A stretch of 55,484 nucleotides of DNA from a virus (IMGVR_UViG_3300050331_000110:1-55484), one strand, 5' to 3'. Positions 29,490-39,116 are shown, counted from the stretch's first letter. Notes: a model not told the origin generated them from the letters alone. Translations and numbers: made by a program.

Positions 29490-29635
29490 GCGTGCCGTTT
29501 CCTGATATACAGCGGGATCACCCCAAACAGAAACCATCCATCGCACGCCATTGTTCCAATAACCGGCTCCATACCTGGACGTAGGACATACAACTTTGAT
29601 TCGCCTTTTTCATCCCATTGTTTGTAGATAATCAT
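29486..29635 (-). CDS. 49-aa hypothetical protein
   Basis: Read manually MIIYKQW...GWFLFGVIPLYIRKRHA; ATGA coupling to the next gene. Confidence 0.45.
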   Translation of the reverse strand: MIIYKQWDEKGESKLYVLRPGMEPVIGTMACDGWFLFGVIPLYIRKRHA

Positions 29636-29646
29636 CCGTCAGTCCT

Positions 29647-32076
29647 TCACTGTTGAAACGCCATACCCGGCTGCGCCCTGCCGGCAGGCTCCATGGCCGG
29701 TGTAGCTACTTGCGGTGCTGCCTGCGCCGACTTCATGGCGAGCTGCATCTGTGTGCGCAGCTTGGCGCTTTCGCGTGCCAATGCCACCTTCAGCTCGTCG
29801 GCATTCATGGCCTGTTCGCCGGAAAGCTGCGCCTGGGCGATCTGTGCATCAATGCTTTTCTCCCATTGAGCCAGGGCGCGGTCAAGCTCTGCCTGCTGCG
29901 CTTCATGCGCCAGCTTGGCCTGCAATTCCTGCCCCCTTGCCTGAACATTCATCTGTGCAACCTGCATCCGTGGGTCATTCCCGCCGCCCTGTGCGGCCGC
30001 TTGCGCTGCCTGTAGCATCTGCTGCTTCTTCTCGTCCGACAAGTCCAGCTTCTCGGCATCGATGCGCTGCGACTTCAAAAACTCGTTCATCACCAGCTCG
30101 GGGTCTTTGCCGAACGCCGGATTCAACGATAAGGTAATCATCTGCATCAGGATTTGCGACTGGCCATCGCGCTCCACCAGCGCCGAAGAGCCGCGCGCAT
30201 CGATGGTGAAGTCGCCCTTCATCGAATCATCATCGCCGTGCATCAGCAACCACTCGTAATACCTGCCGATATGCGCTTCCGTCACCATGTCGTAGTTGCG
30301 CGCGATCCGGCGCAGCACGCTGGATGCGTTGTTGTAAAGCATGGTCATGCCGCCGACCGTATCAGGCGCGCGGCCAAGTTGCCCCTGCAGCAGCATCGGC
30401 AGGCCTGTTTCATCCTCGGCGCGCTGCATCCAGAACTGGATAATGTTCATCAGCTCCGCCTGCATGGATGGGGCAATGATCCAGGTAAAAGCCTCGCGGA
30501 TATTGCCGATTTCCACACCGTCCGCGGTGTAATAGACCTTGTGCGAGCCGATATTCCACTTCCCATCCGCCGGCACGATCTTGCTGCGGTCGATAATCAG
30601 GATAGGCGCACCGGAAACCCCGGCGTTGTCCATCATATTGCGCGTGGCAGCGTTCACCCCGTCCTGGCTGGTGCGCATCTGCCGCGCCACGCCGATGCCG
30701 GCCCAATGCCCTGCGCGGCGCTGCCAGCAGAAAACGTCATACGGGTACTCGCCGGAATCCAGAGGCTGCAAGGTGGCCTTGATGATAGTGTCGTTGACCA
30801 TCACAACAAGGGCCGGATACTGAGTATTCCCGTCCTCGTCCTCTTCTTCGCAGCCGCAATCTTTAGCCCCTGCGCCTTCCAGCTCCAGAGACTCGTCTTC
30901 GCCTGCTTCGTCCTCTCCGGCGCCGATCAAGCCCTGCTCTTCGCCAATCTCTTCCTCTTCCGGCTCTTCATCGAACTTGTACCCGGCAACTTCCAAGTCA
31001 TTCCTGGACAGATACCCGGTGAAATACCAGATGTCGTACATCTCCTTGTCGCTCGGCTTGTCTCCGTCCTTGCGACCAGACTTCCCGGTGTAACAGCTCT
31101 TCGGGCCTTCCTCGATGATGCGGTCGATGTATTTGGCCAAGTAGGACGGGTCGCGCTTCAAGTCCTGAAGCTGGCGCGAATTAACCCGGTCCTTCTCAAA
31201 AATGTACTTCCCGTGGTGGATGTTCTCGCCGCATGACGGGTCCGGGTAAAAGTTCCAGACCGAGATCCGCTTGCTCTTCGGCACCAGCTCGTCCTTGATG
31301 ACAACGCCAATACCCTGCAGCGCACGCACCACGGCGCGCTTCCTGACGTTCTCCGGGAATGGCCCCTTGATTACGCCAGTGCCAATCCGGGCGGCTTCCT
31401 CGATGATCTGCCTGCCCTCGTTGTGGTAGCCACACTGAACCAGCCAGTCATCGATCTGTTTGTTCGCCCTCTCGCAAGCCTTCTTGGCCTGCTCCATTTC
31501 TTCCTTGGCCACATCGGCATTTGTCGCCTGCGCGCGCACCGGGGCAAGCATGGTCTGCCCGTTCTGCTCCTTCTGCTCCATGACCGGCTGCCCATCTTCG
31601 CCCATCAAGGTCTTCATGACCGGATTGCCGCTACCATCGACGGCCGGGCTGTGGTCAGATTCCTTCTGGATCAGGTCAGGAATCGGCGTCGGGCGCATCG
31701 CATAATTGCTGTCATCGGTCGGGAACAGCATGTCCGCGCACTTTGCCGATGCCGCGTTCACATAAGGGCGCGTGATGTTCACGAACACCGTAGAGCGCGA
31801 TTTCTTCTTCTCTTTCGGCTTCTCGATCCGAACCCGTCCGTCAACCGAAGTGGGCTTGATGAACCGCTCGTCGCGGTTTGCGTCGTCAATCCCCTCGTAA
31901 TACTCTTCGTCCTCCAGCCATTCCGCCTCGATGCCTGAATCCGCGCGCCCCTTTACCGCCTCGTCGCGCAGTCCTTTCAGCGTGTTCGCCAGCGCAGAAA
32001 GCTGCTGATCGCGCATCACTTCTTCTTGGCGTGCATCATCCTCGCCATGGCCGGCGAACCCGTCATTCATGAGCAT
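29647..32076 (-). CDS. Portal protein
   Basis: 809 aa after terminase; FVNITRP, GTGVIKGP, NFYPDP; Gln/Ala-rich C-terminal barrel-like region. Confidence 0.88.
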   Translation of the reverse strand: MLMNDGFAGHGEDDARQEEVMRDQQLSALANTLKGLRDEAVKGRADSGIEAEWLEDEEYYEGIDDANRDERFIKPTSVDGRVRIEKPKEKKKSRSTVFVNITRPYVNAASAKCADMLFPTDDSNYAMRPTPIPDLIQKESDHSPAVDGSGNPVMKTLMGEDGQPVMEQKEQNGQTMLAPVRAQATNADVAKEEMEQAKKACERANKQIDDWLVQCGYHNEGRQIIEEAARIGTGVIKGPFPENVRKRAVVRALQGIGVVIKDELVPKSKRISVWNFYPDPSCGENIHHGKYIFEKDRVNSRQLQDLKRDPSYLAKYIDRIIEEGPKSCYTGKSGRKDGDKPSDKEMYDIWYFTGYLSRNDLEVAGYKFDEEPEEEEIGEEQGLIGAGEDEAGEDESLELEGAGAKDCGCEEEDEDGNTQYPALVVMVNDTIIKATLQPLDSGEYPYDVFCWQRRAGHWAGIGVARQMRTSQDGVNAATRNMMDNAGVSGAPILIIDRSKIVPADGKWNIGSHKVYYTADGVEIGNIREAFTWIIAPSMQAELMNIIQFWMQRAEDETGLPMLLQGQLGRAPDTVGGMTMLYNNASSVLRRIARNYDMVTEAHIGRYYEWLLMHGDDDSMKGDFTIDARGSSALVERDGQSQILMQMITLSLNPAFGKDPELVMNEFLKSQRIDAEKLDLSDEKKQQMLQAAQAAAQGGGNDPRMQVAQMNVQARGQELQAKLAHEAQQAELDRALAQWEKSIDAQIAQAQLSGEQAMNADELKVALARESAKLRTQMQLAMKSAQAAPQVATPAMEPAGRAQPGMAFQQ

Positions 32077-32080
32077 CTAA

Positions 32081-32674
32081 TCAGCCCTCGACCTGATAGC
32101 CGGTCAGCGTAACGCCGCCGGCCGCGGCGAACATCAGCCGGATCCCTGCCACCGGGCTGGTATAGGTTCCTTCCTGCGAGGTCGTTTCGGCTGCCACTGA
32201 AGCATGGTTGTACCAGGTGATGCCGTCATACGTTTGCTGCACGGTATAGGTCGGCGTGCCGGATTCCACCGAGCAGCCAAAGCCGATGTTGAAGGACGGA
32301 ACACGGGACAGCTTCGGGTTGACCTGTGCGGAAACGCTGCCGGCCGCCCAGCCGATGTCCATTGTGTCGCCGCCGATGGTTGCGCTCGGCACCACCGAGG
32401 TGACGGTCAGGAAATACTTTGTGCTGGTCACGGTTGCGGTCCCGTTTGGCAGGTTGACAGTCTCGGTCTGCGCCTGCCCATCCGGCGCGGTGCCGGTTAT
32501 CACTGCCGTCTTGGCGCTGTGATCGGTCGCCGCATCGCCCTTGATAGTGATGAGGTGAGCCAGCGAATCACCGCTATCGTTCGCGGTTAGCGTCCAGGTT
32601 GCCCCGGTTGCGTTTGAAAGCAACCCTGTTACGTTGGCCGCTACCGATACCGCTGGGATGTAAATTTTAAGCAT
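32081..32674 (-). CDS. Hypothetical beta-rich structural protein
   Basis: Thr/Ala/Gly-rich 197 aa. Confidence 0.55.
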   Translation of the reverse strand: MLKIYIPAVSVAANVTGLLSNATGATWTLTANDSGDSLAHLITIKGDAATDHSAKTAVITGTAPDGQAQTETVNLPNGTATVTSTKYFLTVTSVVPSATIGGDTMDIGWAAGSVSAQVNPKLSRVPSFNIGFGCSVESGTPTYTVQQTYDGITWYNHASVAAETTSQEGTYTSPVAGIRLMFAAAGGVTLTGYQVEG

Positions 32675-32717
32675 GTTCTACCCCTGAATGAAAAAACCGC
32701 CTCGAGGGCGGTTGAAA

Positions 32718-32802
32718 TGGTTGTTGGCGGCTTGGACTGTCCATCCCAAACGACCTCATGGTTTTACCCATGCGCTCTATCTAGATTCTGAGCTACACCA
32801 AC
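32718..32802 (-). ncRNA. Degenerate tRNA-like element
   Basis: Acceptor GTTGGTG/CGCCAAC, TAGCTCAG..GAGC D-arm, CATGG/CCATG stem, AGGTC variable loop, aberrant T arm, terminal ACCA. Confidence 0.55.
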
Positions 32803-32903
32803 AAGGGAGGCGATTGGAGCCACTGGCGGATGGCGTTGCTGCCAATTTACCCACTCGCTCTGCTACCCGTAAACGGGCGACCAATCGCCTTGCTTCTTGG
32901 TGC

Positions 32904-33665
32904 TCAATACCCCATCGAACCGGACAGCGGCTCGAATTCGTAGGTTGCCTGCTGCTTCCTGATCTGTACCGTGGCTTTGCGCTTCATCATCAGGCCATAT
33001 CTCGAGGCGGAAATCAGGTCGTCAAACTCCTTGATAACCTTCCCATCCTTGCGGTGGTACAGGCGGAACTCGTCAAACCAATCGGTCACGGTCGAGAACA
33101 CCTTGAAGCGTCCAGTCTCCATGCGCTCCAGCATGTCCATCAGCCCAGCCTCAACCCCGTTCGTGCCATCCTCGAACGTCGCGCGCTCGGGTAGCATGTT
33201 CAGCCCGGCCGACTTGTACTGCTTGGCAAGCTGTTCTCCGCTGCCTTTGTCGTGCTGCAGCCCGTCATGCGGCCACGCCACCGGCACCCATGCGCCCCAT
33301 GGCTTCACAGCCGCGGCAACGATTGCCGGTATTGCCTCGCTCTTCTTGTATCCATTGACCACATAGAACACATCGTTGTCACGGTCCCATGCGCATCCAG
33401 CCGCGGCTGTCGGGTGATCCCATCCGAAGTCCAGCCCGGTGATGCGTGGCCAGAAGTCCGGTATTGGAAACGGCGCAACCTTGATCGACTCTTCATCCAC
33501 CGGGAATATCGCCCCACTTCCCAGCGTCGGAATACCCTTTGAGCGCGCATCGCGCAGGTGCGGCGGGGTAGAAGCCAGCAGCTGCCGCTTGGTTGACTCG
33601 TCCAAGTGAGGCACATCATCCCAGCCGGCCATTACCAGGTATTTCGATTCGCTGATTTCCGGCAT
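32904..33665 (-). CDS. Terminase large subunit, C-terminal nuclease part
   Basis: GWDDVPHL, GLDFGWDHPTA, DDLISASRY; starts MPEISE by TAATG overlap. Confidence 0.85.
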   Translation of the reverse strand: MPEISESKYLVMAGWDDVPHLDESTKRQLLASTPPHLRDARSKGIPTLGSGAIFPVDEESIKVAPFPIPDFWPRITGLDFGWDHPTAAAGCAWDRDNDVFYVVNGYKKSEAIPAIVAAAVKPWGAWVPVAWPHDGLQHDKGSGEQLAKQYKSAGLNMLPERATFEDGTNGVEAGLMDMLERMETGRFKVFSTVTDWFDEFRLYHRKDGKVIKEFDDLISASRYGLMMKRKATVQIRKQQATYEFEPLSGSMGY

Positions 33666-34408
33666 TATTTCGGCACCTTCCCGCCCGGCAGGAACGAAAG
33701 CGCTGTTGGGGTCATCCCATCCAGCGGCGTAAACGTGATGTAAATCAGCCCGTCCGTGGTCGCGGTGCGGATCAGGCACTCGCCGTATATCTCCAGCGGA
33801 GGTTCCTCATCCAGCCAGATCCCGTCCTGCTCCGTCCCCTCGAACGCGCCGCGCCCTTGCTGGTAGCTCTTCAGTCCCAGTACAGACCAGCCGTCAAACT
33901 TGCCATCTGTGTAGTGCTTGACCTTTATCGTGTCGATCAGGTCCTGCACACCCTGCTTCCATGTGATGCTGCCGATGTCATCCCCAGGAACAAGGCCGGT
34001 TCCAGAAACTCCCTTGCGCGCGCTATCGAATTCAATGGCGCCGAACAGCTTGGCCTGCACGATGTCTCGCGTCGTTTCGTTGGTCTTGCCTGCCGCCCAA
34101 AACTTCACCGGGGCATCGTAGATCGATCCTTCCCACCAGTCCGGGTATCTGCCCGTCAGATGCAGGGCAGTCTCATACCCGCCGGCACCCTCGGTCTTGC
34201 CGATACGATTAGCGGCCATGAAACACCGCTCGCGGTATGTCGCGCCAGCCCGGAAAAACTCCATGTGCTTCGGGTACAACTCGCGGCGCAGCGGACCGGC
34301 CTCGGGGTAATAGTTAAACAGCTTGCTGCGGCTCAGTTTTAGCGCCGCCTCCTTCAGCAGCGCATCGCGCGCCGACTCAGGCAAGCCATCCAGCCAGCTC
34401 AAGTCCAT
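33665..34408 (-). CDS. Terminase large subunit, N-terminal ATPase part (P22-like)
   Basis: Walker A AANRIGKT, Walker B WLDEE, coupling motif TFTP. Confidence 0.9.
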   Translation of the reverse strand: MDLSWLDGLPESARDALLKEAALKLSRSKLFNYYPEAGPLRRELYPKHMEFFRAGATYRERCFMAANRIGKTEGAGGYETALHLTGRYPDWWEGSIYDAPVKFWAAGKTNETTRDIVQAKLFGAIEFDSARKGVSGTGLVPGDDIGSITWKQGVQDLIDTIKVKHYTDGKFDGWSVLGLKSYQQGRGAFEGTEQDGIWLDEEPPLEIYGECLIRTATTDGLIYITFTPLDGMTPTALSFLPGGKVPK

Positions 34409-35031
34409 CAGCTCTTTTGTGCGCTCAGTCGATCAACAATCGCCACCAACATCTCCCGCGGCAATCCATCCAGCGGGTTAGCCTTCTGCTCGTTGTCCTT
34501 CTCGAACATCCCCAAGTGCTTCATGGCCTGCTCTCGCGCGCCCTGTTTGGCCGCCCACTTGAACTTGCGCACGAATACCGGCGCATCCTGGCTGCCCAAC
34601 TGCTCGAACTCCACTGCGGTCAGCGCCGCGCGTGTATCCTCGTCCAGCTCGGTAATGTCCTTGAGCTGTCCGCCTGCCAGATACAGCTTGGCCGGGTCGA
34701 ACGTCAACTCCTGCACGATGCTCTTCACCACCAAATCAGTGGTCAACTCGTACTTTTTCGCCACCGATTTAGACCGTTCAGCGATTGAACGCTGAATTTC
34801 AACATCCTTCAACAGCCTTCCGCCTTGGCTGTATGCGGTTTTCTCGCTGTATCCGGCCTCCTTTGCGGCCTCCGTAGCATTCCCGCCATTGGCGATATAT
34901 GCCTCAACGAAGATAGCTTTGCGCGCCGCCGCGGCATCTTTCGATGTTCCCTGCTTGCTAGGAAGCGCTACAACCGATTTTTTTCCCTTGCCTGATACCT
35001 TGGCCTTGGGGTCTTTCTTGATATTTGTCAT
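34408..35031 (-). CDS. terS: Terminase small subunit
   Basis: NATEAAKEAGYSEKTAYSQGGRLL signature. Confidence 0.92.
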   Translation of the reverse strand: MTNIKKDPKAKVSGKGKKSVVALPSKQGTSKDAAAARKAIFVEAYIANGGNATEAAKEAGYSEKTAYSQGGRLLKDVEIQRSIAERSKSVAKKYELTTDLVVKSIVQELTFDPAKLYLAGGQLKDITELDEDTRAALTAVEFEQLGSQDAPVFVRKFKWAAKQGAREQAMKHLGMFEKDNEQKANPLDGLPREMLVAIVDRLSAQKS

Positions 35032-35035
35032 GTTT

Positions 35036-35425
35036 TCAGCGAATGATAAGGCTCACTACGGCTACTCCCAGGATGCTGAGGATCCCGAGTACGCCCGTAA
35101 TCACCCAGCCGCGCACCAGCTTGAGGGTGGGCATCTCGCTCTCTATGCTGGAAATGCGCTCATCCCCCTTCTTGGGGGCGCTCAGTTCCATGGCGCGGAT
35201 GCGTCCCTCATGGTCCTCGATCTCTTGGAATGCGCGATTAAGTCCGTTCCTGGTCTCTTCGTGCTTGACCTCGAGCGCTGCCAGAATCTTGAGGCTTGAG
35301 TCTATGGACTGGACCGCGATCTTTACTTCCTGCACAACCACTTCCAAAGCAGTCACCCTTTCGGAAACCCTCGAATACAGGATTTCTCCGTCGTGATGTC
35401 TTTCTTTTTCTTGTTCGCCGCCCAT
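35036..35425 (-). CDS. Coiled-coil protein with C-terminal TM (XhlA-like, lysis-associated)
   Basis: Coiled coil plus a single hydrophobic C-terminal segment. Confidence 0.5.
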   Translation of the reverse strand: MGGEQEKERHHDGEILYSRVSERVTALEVVVQEVKIAVQSIDSSLKILAALEVKHEETRNGLNRAFQEIEDHEGRIRAMELSAPKKGDERISSIESEMPTLKLVRGWVITGVLGILSILGVAVVSLIIR

Positions 35426-35427
35426 TG

Positions 35428-35643
35428 TTATTTCCCTGCACCTAATGCTGCGGCCCGGCACTTCTTGTACTGACCTGCCTGTTGGACCAGCGTGTAAGTG
35501 GTGGCGCCGAACGATGGGTCGGATGGAGGCTGTATCTCAGGACAGCTTGCAGCGGCCAATGGACTCGGATCAGGCTTCGGGCAAGTTGTCGGGCAGCCTG
35601 CCAGCAACAGGCAGAACGGCAGAATGGCAAAGAGCTTCTTCAC
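35428..35643 (-). CDS. o-spanin (Rz1-like lipoprotein)
   Basis: GTG start, lipobox LAGC, Pro-rich, Cys residues. Confidence 0.7.
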   Translation of the reverse strand: MKKLFAILPFCLLLAGCPTTCPKPDPSPLAAASCPEIQPPSDPSFGATTYTLVQQAGQYKKCRAAALGAGK

Positions 35644-35930
35644 TTGTACGCCTCCTGAATGGTTTTCCATGCGTCAGGGCTATGCTGGCACTCGGAATAG
35701 ACCGTTTCGGTGCGCACATGCTCGATAACCTTGCCTTGCACCGTGACATTCTTCACGTCGATCTTGGCAATCTCGGCTGCCGCGGCCTGCAGCCCTTCCT
35801 TGCGCGCCTTATCTTCCGCCGCTATCTCGGCAACATGGCGGTCATACCCCAAGCCGAAGCCGTACCACCCGGCGCCACCGATTGAGATGAGCAGCGCCAA
35901 CAGGCCGGCAAGGATTACAGTCGGGTTCAT
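35640..35930 (-). CDS. i-spanin (Rz-like)
   Basis: N-terminal TM, helical periplasmic part, C-terminal Cys. Confidence 0.7.
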   Translation of the reverse strand: MNPTVILAGLLALLISIGGAGWYGFGLGYDRHVAEIAAEDKARKEGLQAAAAEIAKIDVKNVTVQGKVIEHVRTETVYSECQHSPDAWKTIQEAYK

Positions 35931-36160
35931 TTACGCGCATCCGAATAGGTGGAGAAGGCAAACCCCTGAAGGGCAGCCGTTGGGGCGAGTATCGCAGCGA
36001 TCACGGCCGCGGTGCCGAGTCCGTCAAAAGTCGATGCCTTGGCAAAAACCCAAGCCTGGTAGGTCGAAAGCCATGTCATGTAGAGGGTGAAGACCAGCAC
36101 AAAGCGCCGCACCACCGCCCGGTTGTCGATAAAGTCGAGCAAGTCCTTGATGAGTTTCAT
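35927..36160 (-). CDS. Putative holin
   Basis: 77 aa with two TM segments, inside the lysis cassette. Confidence 0.55.
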   Translation of the reverse strand: MKLIKDLLDFIDNRAVVRRFVLVFTLYMTWLSTYQAWVFAKASTFDGLGTAAVIAAILAPTAALQGFAFSTYSDARK

Positions 36161-36173
36161 AACTACCCTCTCT

Positions 36174-36695
36174 CTATACCTTGACCATGGCCGGGATAGG
36201 CTTCTGCCCGATCAGTGCTGGCGCCTTCGGCGGAGTGATGCTCGGAATGTAGATGCGCTTGCCCGACTTGGGCGGGACCGTCTGCAGATGCACCCAATAA
36301 TCCCAGCGCTGCGCTTTCTCGTTCCACTTCGCACACCAGCGCGGGTCTTCCATCCACAAGCCGCACTCGGCCAGCTTGCCGGGGTTGTTTACGCACCATT
36401 GCGCAAAGGCGCGGTCGCAATCCCCAACCTCACCGGTTGAGTTATCCCCGACATCACCAGCATTTGCCGTCAGGTGGTTGCTACTCTTGCCGGCGTTAGC
36501 CGTCGCATCGTTCACCGACTTCGGGCGCCACCCGCTTGTGCATGAGTCCCGTTTAAGCCCGGTCTCTTCCTCAAACATCGCCACCAGATTGTTGATCTGC
36601 CCGACCGTGCGAAGCGCATTTGCCTGGATTGCTTCGGTGCATTCCAGCCGGTAGCGGCTATCGCGGTCGTTCCAGTAGGCGGTTAGGGTAATCAT
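36174..36695 (-). CDS. Endolysin, peptidase M15-like
   Basis: SGWRP, SNH..A..D and WVHLQ zinc-binding pattern. Confidence 0.75.
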   Translation of the reverse strand: MITLTAYWNDRDSRYRLECTEAIQANALRTVGQINNLVAMFEEETGLKRDSCTSGWRPKSVNDATANAGKSSNHLTANAGDVGDNSTGEVGDCDRAFAQWCVNNPGKLAECGLWMEDPRWCAKWNEKAQRWDYWVHLQTVPPKSGKRIYIPSITPPKAPALIGQKPIPAMVKV

Positions 36696-36761
36696 CCGTT
36701 GGGCAATAAAAAACCCGCCGGAGCGGGTTGCGTTTATTCAGGGGGCACTAGCCCGTGCGAT

Positions 36762-37190
36762 TTAAATCCACTGACCTAGCGGCGTTGCTCGTCCATACTG
36801 TTGTTCGCCAAACCAAGTTTCATCTTTCTCATCTTCTGGAACTATGGGATTCCCATACACATCAACATCAGCGGCCACCAGAACACTTGGCTGACGGTTC
36901 AATGGCTCCCTCACATATCCTAAAGCAATCAATGCTTCAGTCCTGAGCTTACTCTGCTCATTCGCAGTTGCCGCATTTTGTGCAGGCGTTCCTTTTACGA
37001 TATTCCCAAGAGCGTAAGGGCCGGTATCATTAAATCGCTGCATTTGCAGTTGATTTGCCCCGCGCCCACGCTTATCAATATCATCACCCCACCAATCCCG
37101 CCATTCACGGAATGTCAACTTCCATTCAATCCCACGACGAATAGCACCACTTTTCTGCGCCTGATAGGATTTGAAATATTTATTGAACAT
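36762..37190 (-). CDS. HNH-like nuclease-family protein (possible moron)
   Basis: RRGIEWKLTFREW, MQRFNDTGPYALGN; AT-rich; followed by a terminator hairpin at ~36706-36729. Confidence 0.55.
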   Translation of the reverse strand: MFNKYFKSYQAQKSGAIRRGIEWKLTFREWRDWWGDDIDKRGRGANQLQMQRFNDTGPYALGNIVKGTPAQNAATANEQSKLRTEALIALGYVREPLNRQPSVLVAADVDVYGNPIVPEDEKDETWFGEQQYGRATPLGQWI

Positions 37191-37268
37191 GCCGGTCACT
37201 TATATGAGCTTAAAAACTCTGGACGCACCTGTGGAGGTGCTTAATCTTACACTTTTGCTTGCACTTTG

Positions 37269-37556
37269 CTATTGGTGAATCTGGCACTTTAAAAGCATGG
37301 CAGGTATAAGTCCTAGCGCCTGCTGCGCTTCCTCGATAGTCACGACCATCGGCGCAGGCGGTCGCCTCGCGTGAATATCCACCAGCCTGTCGATATATGG
37401 CTTCGCGGCCTTCGCGTAGCTCTCTTGCAGATTCGCCAGTATCTCGCGCAGGTAGCGTTCTTCGGCGGCATCGGCGCACTCACGGAAGGCATACCGTTGT
37501 TCGCACGGCTTTGGTGGGTTGTCGCCTGAGTGGCAGGTGCATTGCCGGCTGCTCAT
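37269..37556 (-). CDS. Hypothetical protein
   Basis: Coupled ORF in the nin-like region. Confidence 0.45.
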   Translation of the reverse strand: MSSRQCTCHSGDNPPKPCEQRYAFRECADAAEERYLREILANLQESYAKAAKPYIDRLVDIHARRPPAPMVVTIEEAQQALGLIPAMLLKCQIHQ

Positions 37557-37978
37557 AATTTTTCCCTTTCCGGTGGCGTTATGTATTGCCTGTAGTATTC
37601 ATCTGCGAGCCGTTTTCTTTTTTTGTCCCGCTGGAGTCCGGGCGGATACATCAAAGACGCATCGGCCATAGCGCGCGCTTCGGCTTTCTCACTCAATGCC
37701 TTGTAGTCTAGCTGCACGAATTTATGCACCGCATTCGCTTCATTCCACTTCTCTCGGCACAACCCATAGACATCTTTATCGGACATGAAGTCATCCACCA
37801 AAACGGGGATAATCTTGTCTCTGCAATCACCACACTGAACGATAAGCAGCCTCTCTCTGAATCCGGTGTAAACGTGTTGAATCTGATACTGCGTGCTGCC
37901 ACACGCCCGGCATTTGCGAACTTCGTCCATCGTTCCATCCGGTGCATAACTTAAGCCTTGGTCACGGGGCATCACCAT
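37553..37978 (-). CDS. Hypothetical zinc-ribbon protein
   Basis: CRAC...CGDC. Confidence 0.5.
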   Translation of the reverse strand: MVMPRDQGLSYAPDGTMDEVRKCRACGSTQYQIQHVYTGFRERLLIVQCGDCRDKIIPVLVDDFMSDKDVYGLCREKWNEANAVHKFVQLDYKALSEKAEARAMADASLMYPPGLQRDKKRKRLADEYYRQYITPPEREKL

Positions 37979-38256
37979 AAATCCTCGCTATAAAGCCGCG
38001 GCGGATGCGCCAGTTCCTTTATCTGCCCAGCTTCAATAGCGCATCGTCCAGCCTCTTCACGATCTGCAAACGTGCCATCGCTCATCACAAAGCCCTGTTC
38101 GCCTCGCGCCACGATAAATTCTCCGTTGTCCCGGTGTAGCGCGTGGACAGTGTGATGGTGCCGGTGCGGTGGCGGCATGAAATGGATCACGCCGTCCTCC
38201 GTTCGCACCGCCGCGGCAATCGCTCGTTTATCATTCATTTCGGCACCCATCATCAA
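37972..38256 (-). CDS. Conserved phage hypothetical protein
   Basis: RHH, EQGFV..DG.F.DREEA, LYSEDLW. Confidence 0.6.
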   Translation of the reverse strand: MMMGAEMNDKRAIAAAVRTEDGVIHFMPPPHRHHHTVHALHRDNGEFIVARGEQGFVMSDGTFADREEAGRCAIEAGQIKELAHPPRLYSEDLW

Positions 38257-38468
38257 AGGAATTATTGATTAAGTCGATCATGGTGTTTTCTCGCTCCAGC
38301 CAGCCATACCATGCCGTAATTGCCAACACCAAAAACATATAAACCATCCGACTGTAACTTCCTGTCGCGCCAAGTTCAGATACAGGAATGTAGATCAGAA
38401 TAAACGCAAGCATCCCCCTGACACATATCTTTCTTATCAGCATGTTCCAATCTCCTTTATGTTTTCCG

Positions 38469-38696
38469 TCATTTCCACCTGTAAGAAGCAAACCCACCCT
38501 GGCACCGGTGCGGCCGGCGCATAACCGAACCGGCATCGATCAGCGCGCACACAACCACCCTCACCTGTTCGCGCACACGGCTGCGCTCCTTTTGATCGTT
38601 TGGCGCCGGGCATACGAACTTGACCAGTTCCTTCATGCGAAAATCCCTGCCGGGGAATGCTGACATCAGGTTGATGATCTCTGGTGCAAATTTCAT
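38469..38696 (-). CDS. Small winged-helix-like hypothetical protein
   Basis: 75 aa coupled downstream of the Q-like gene. Confidence 0.5.
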   Translation of the reverse strand: MKFAPEIINLMSAFPGRDFRMKELVKFVCPAPNDQKERSRVREQVRVVVCALIDAGSVMRRPHRCQGGFASYRWK

Positions 38697-39116
38697 TCAC
38701 TTCCCTCCAATGGCCTGCTCAACTCGATAAATCGCCGCACTCAGCGCAGCCTCGTACTCGCTGGCGCGCATCCCCAGCCAGCGCGCTGCAGCTGCTACAC
38801 CATGCTCCGCGCGCCCCGATTCGCGCCGCTGCGGGTATTCCGCCCTCAATACTTGCTGCGCCACATGCGGCAAGGTGTCATATACCGCCTGCACGCGCCT
38901 GGCGTTCTCTTCGCATACCGGGATGGGCTTGTCGTCAACCGACTCGGTGGTAGAGTCATCGCCGAACCGCCTGTAATTCCCCTCCAGCGAGACGCATTGC
39001 TGTTTTGGCAATGGGTGGGGCCACGCGCCAAGCCAACACCAGCGGCTCCAATTTTGAAGCTCAAAATGAATATGGTCAGAACAGGTGCGCACGTCGATTG
39101 GTTTGATTTTGCTCAT
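38697..39116 (-). CDS. Antitermination Q-like late regulator
   Basis: LQNWSRW N-terminal motif and C-terminal HTH-like segment; upstream of lysis genes. Confidence 0.6.
   Translation of the reverse strand: MSKIKPIDVRTCSDHIHFELQNWSRWCWLGAWPHPLPKQQCVSLEGNYRRFGDDSTTESVDDKPIPVCEENARRVQAVYDTLPHVAQQVLRAEYPQRRESGRAEHGVAAAARWLGMRASEYEAALSAAIYRVEQAIGGK

Noticed and set aside
24742-31236. Long plus-strand ORFs opposite capsid, decoration and portal genes
   Set aside because: Antisense shadows without independent signals
37225-37272. Possible late promoter (TAAGAT -10) followed by a short hairpin
   Set aside because: Weak -35 and uncertain spacing; not enough to call pR'
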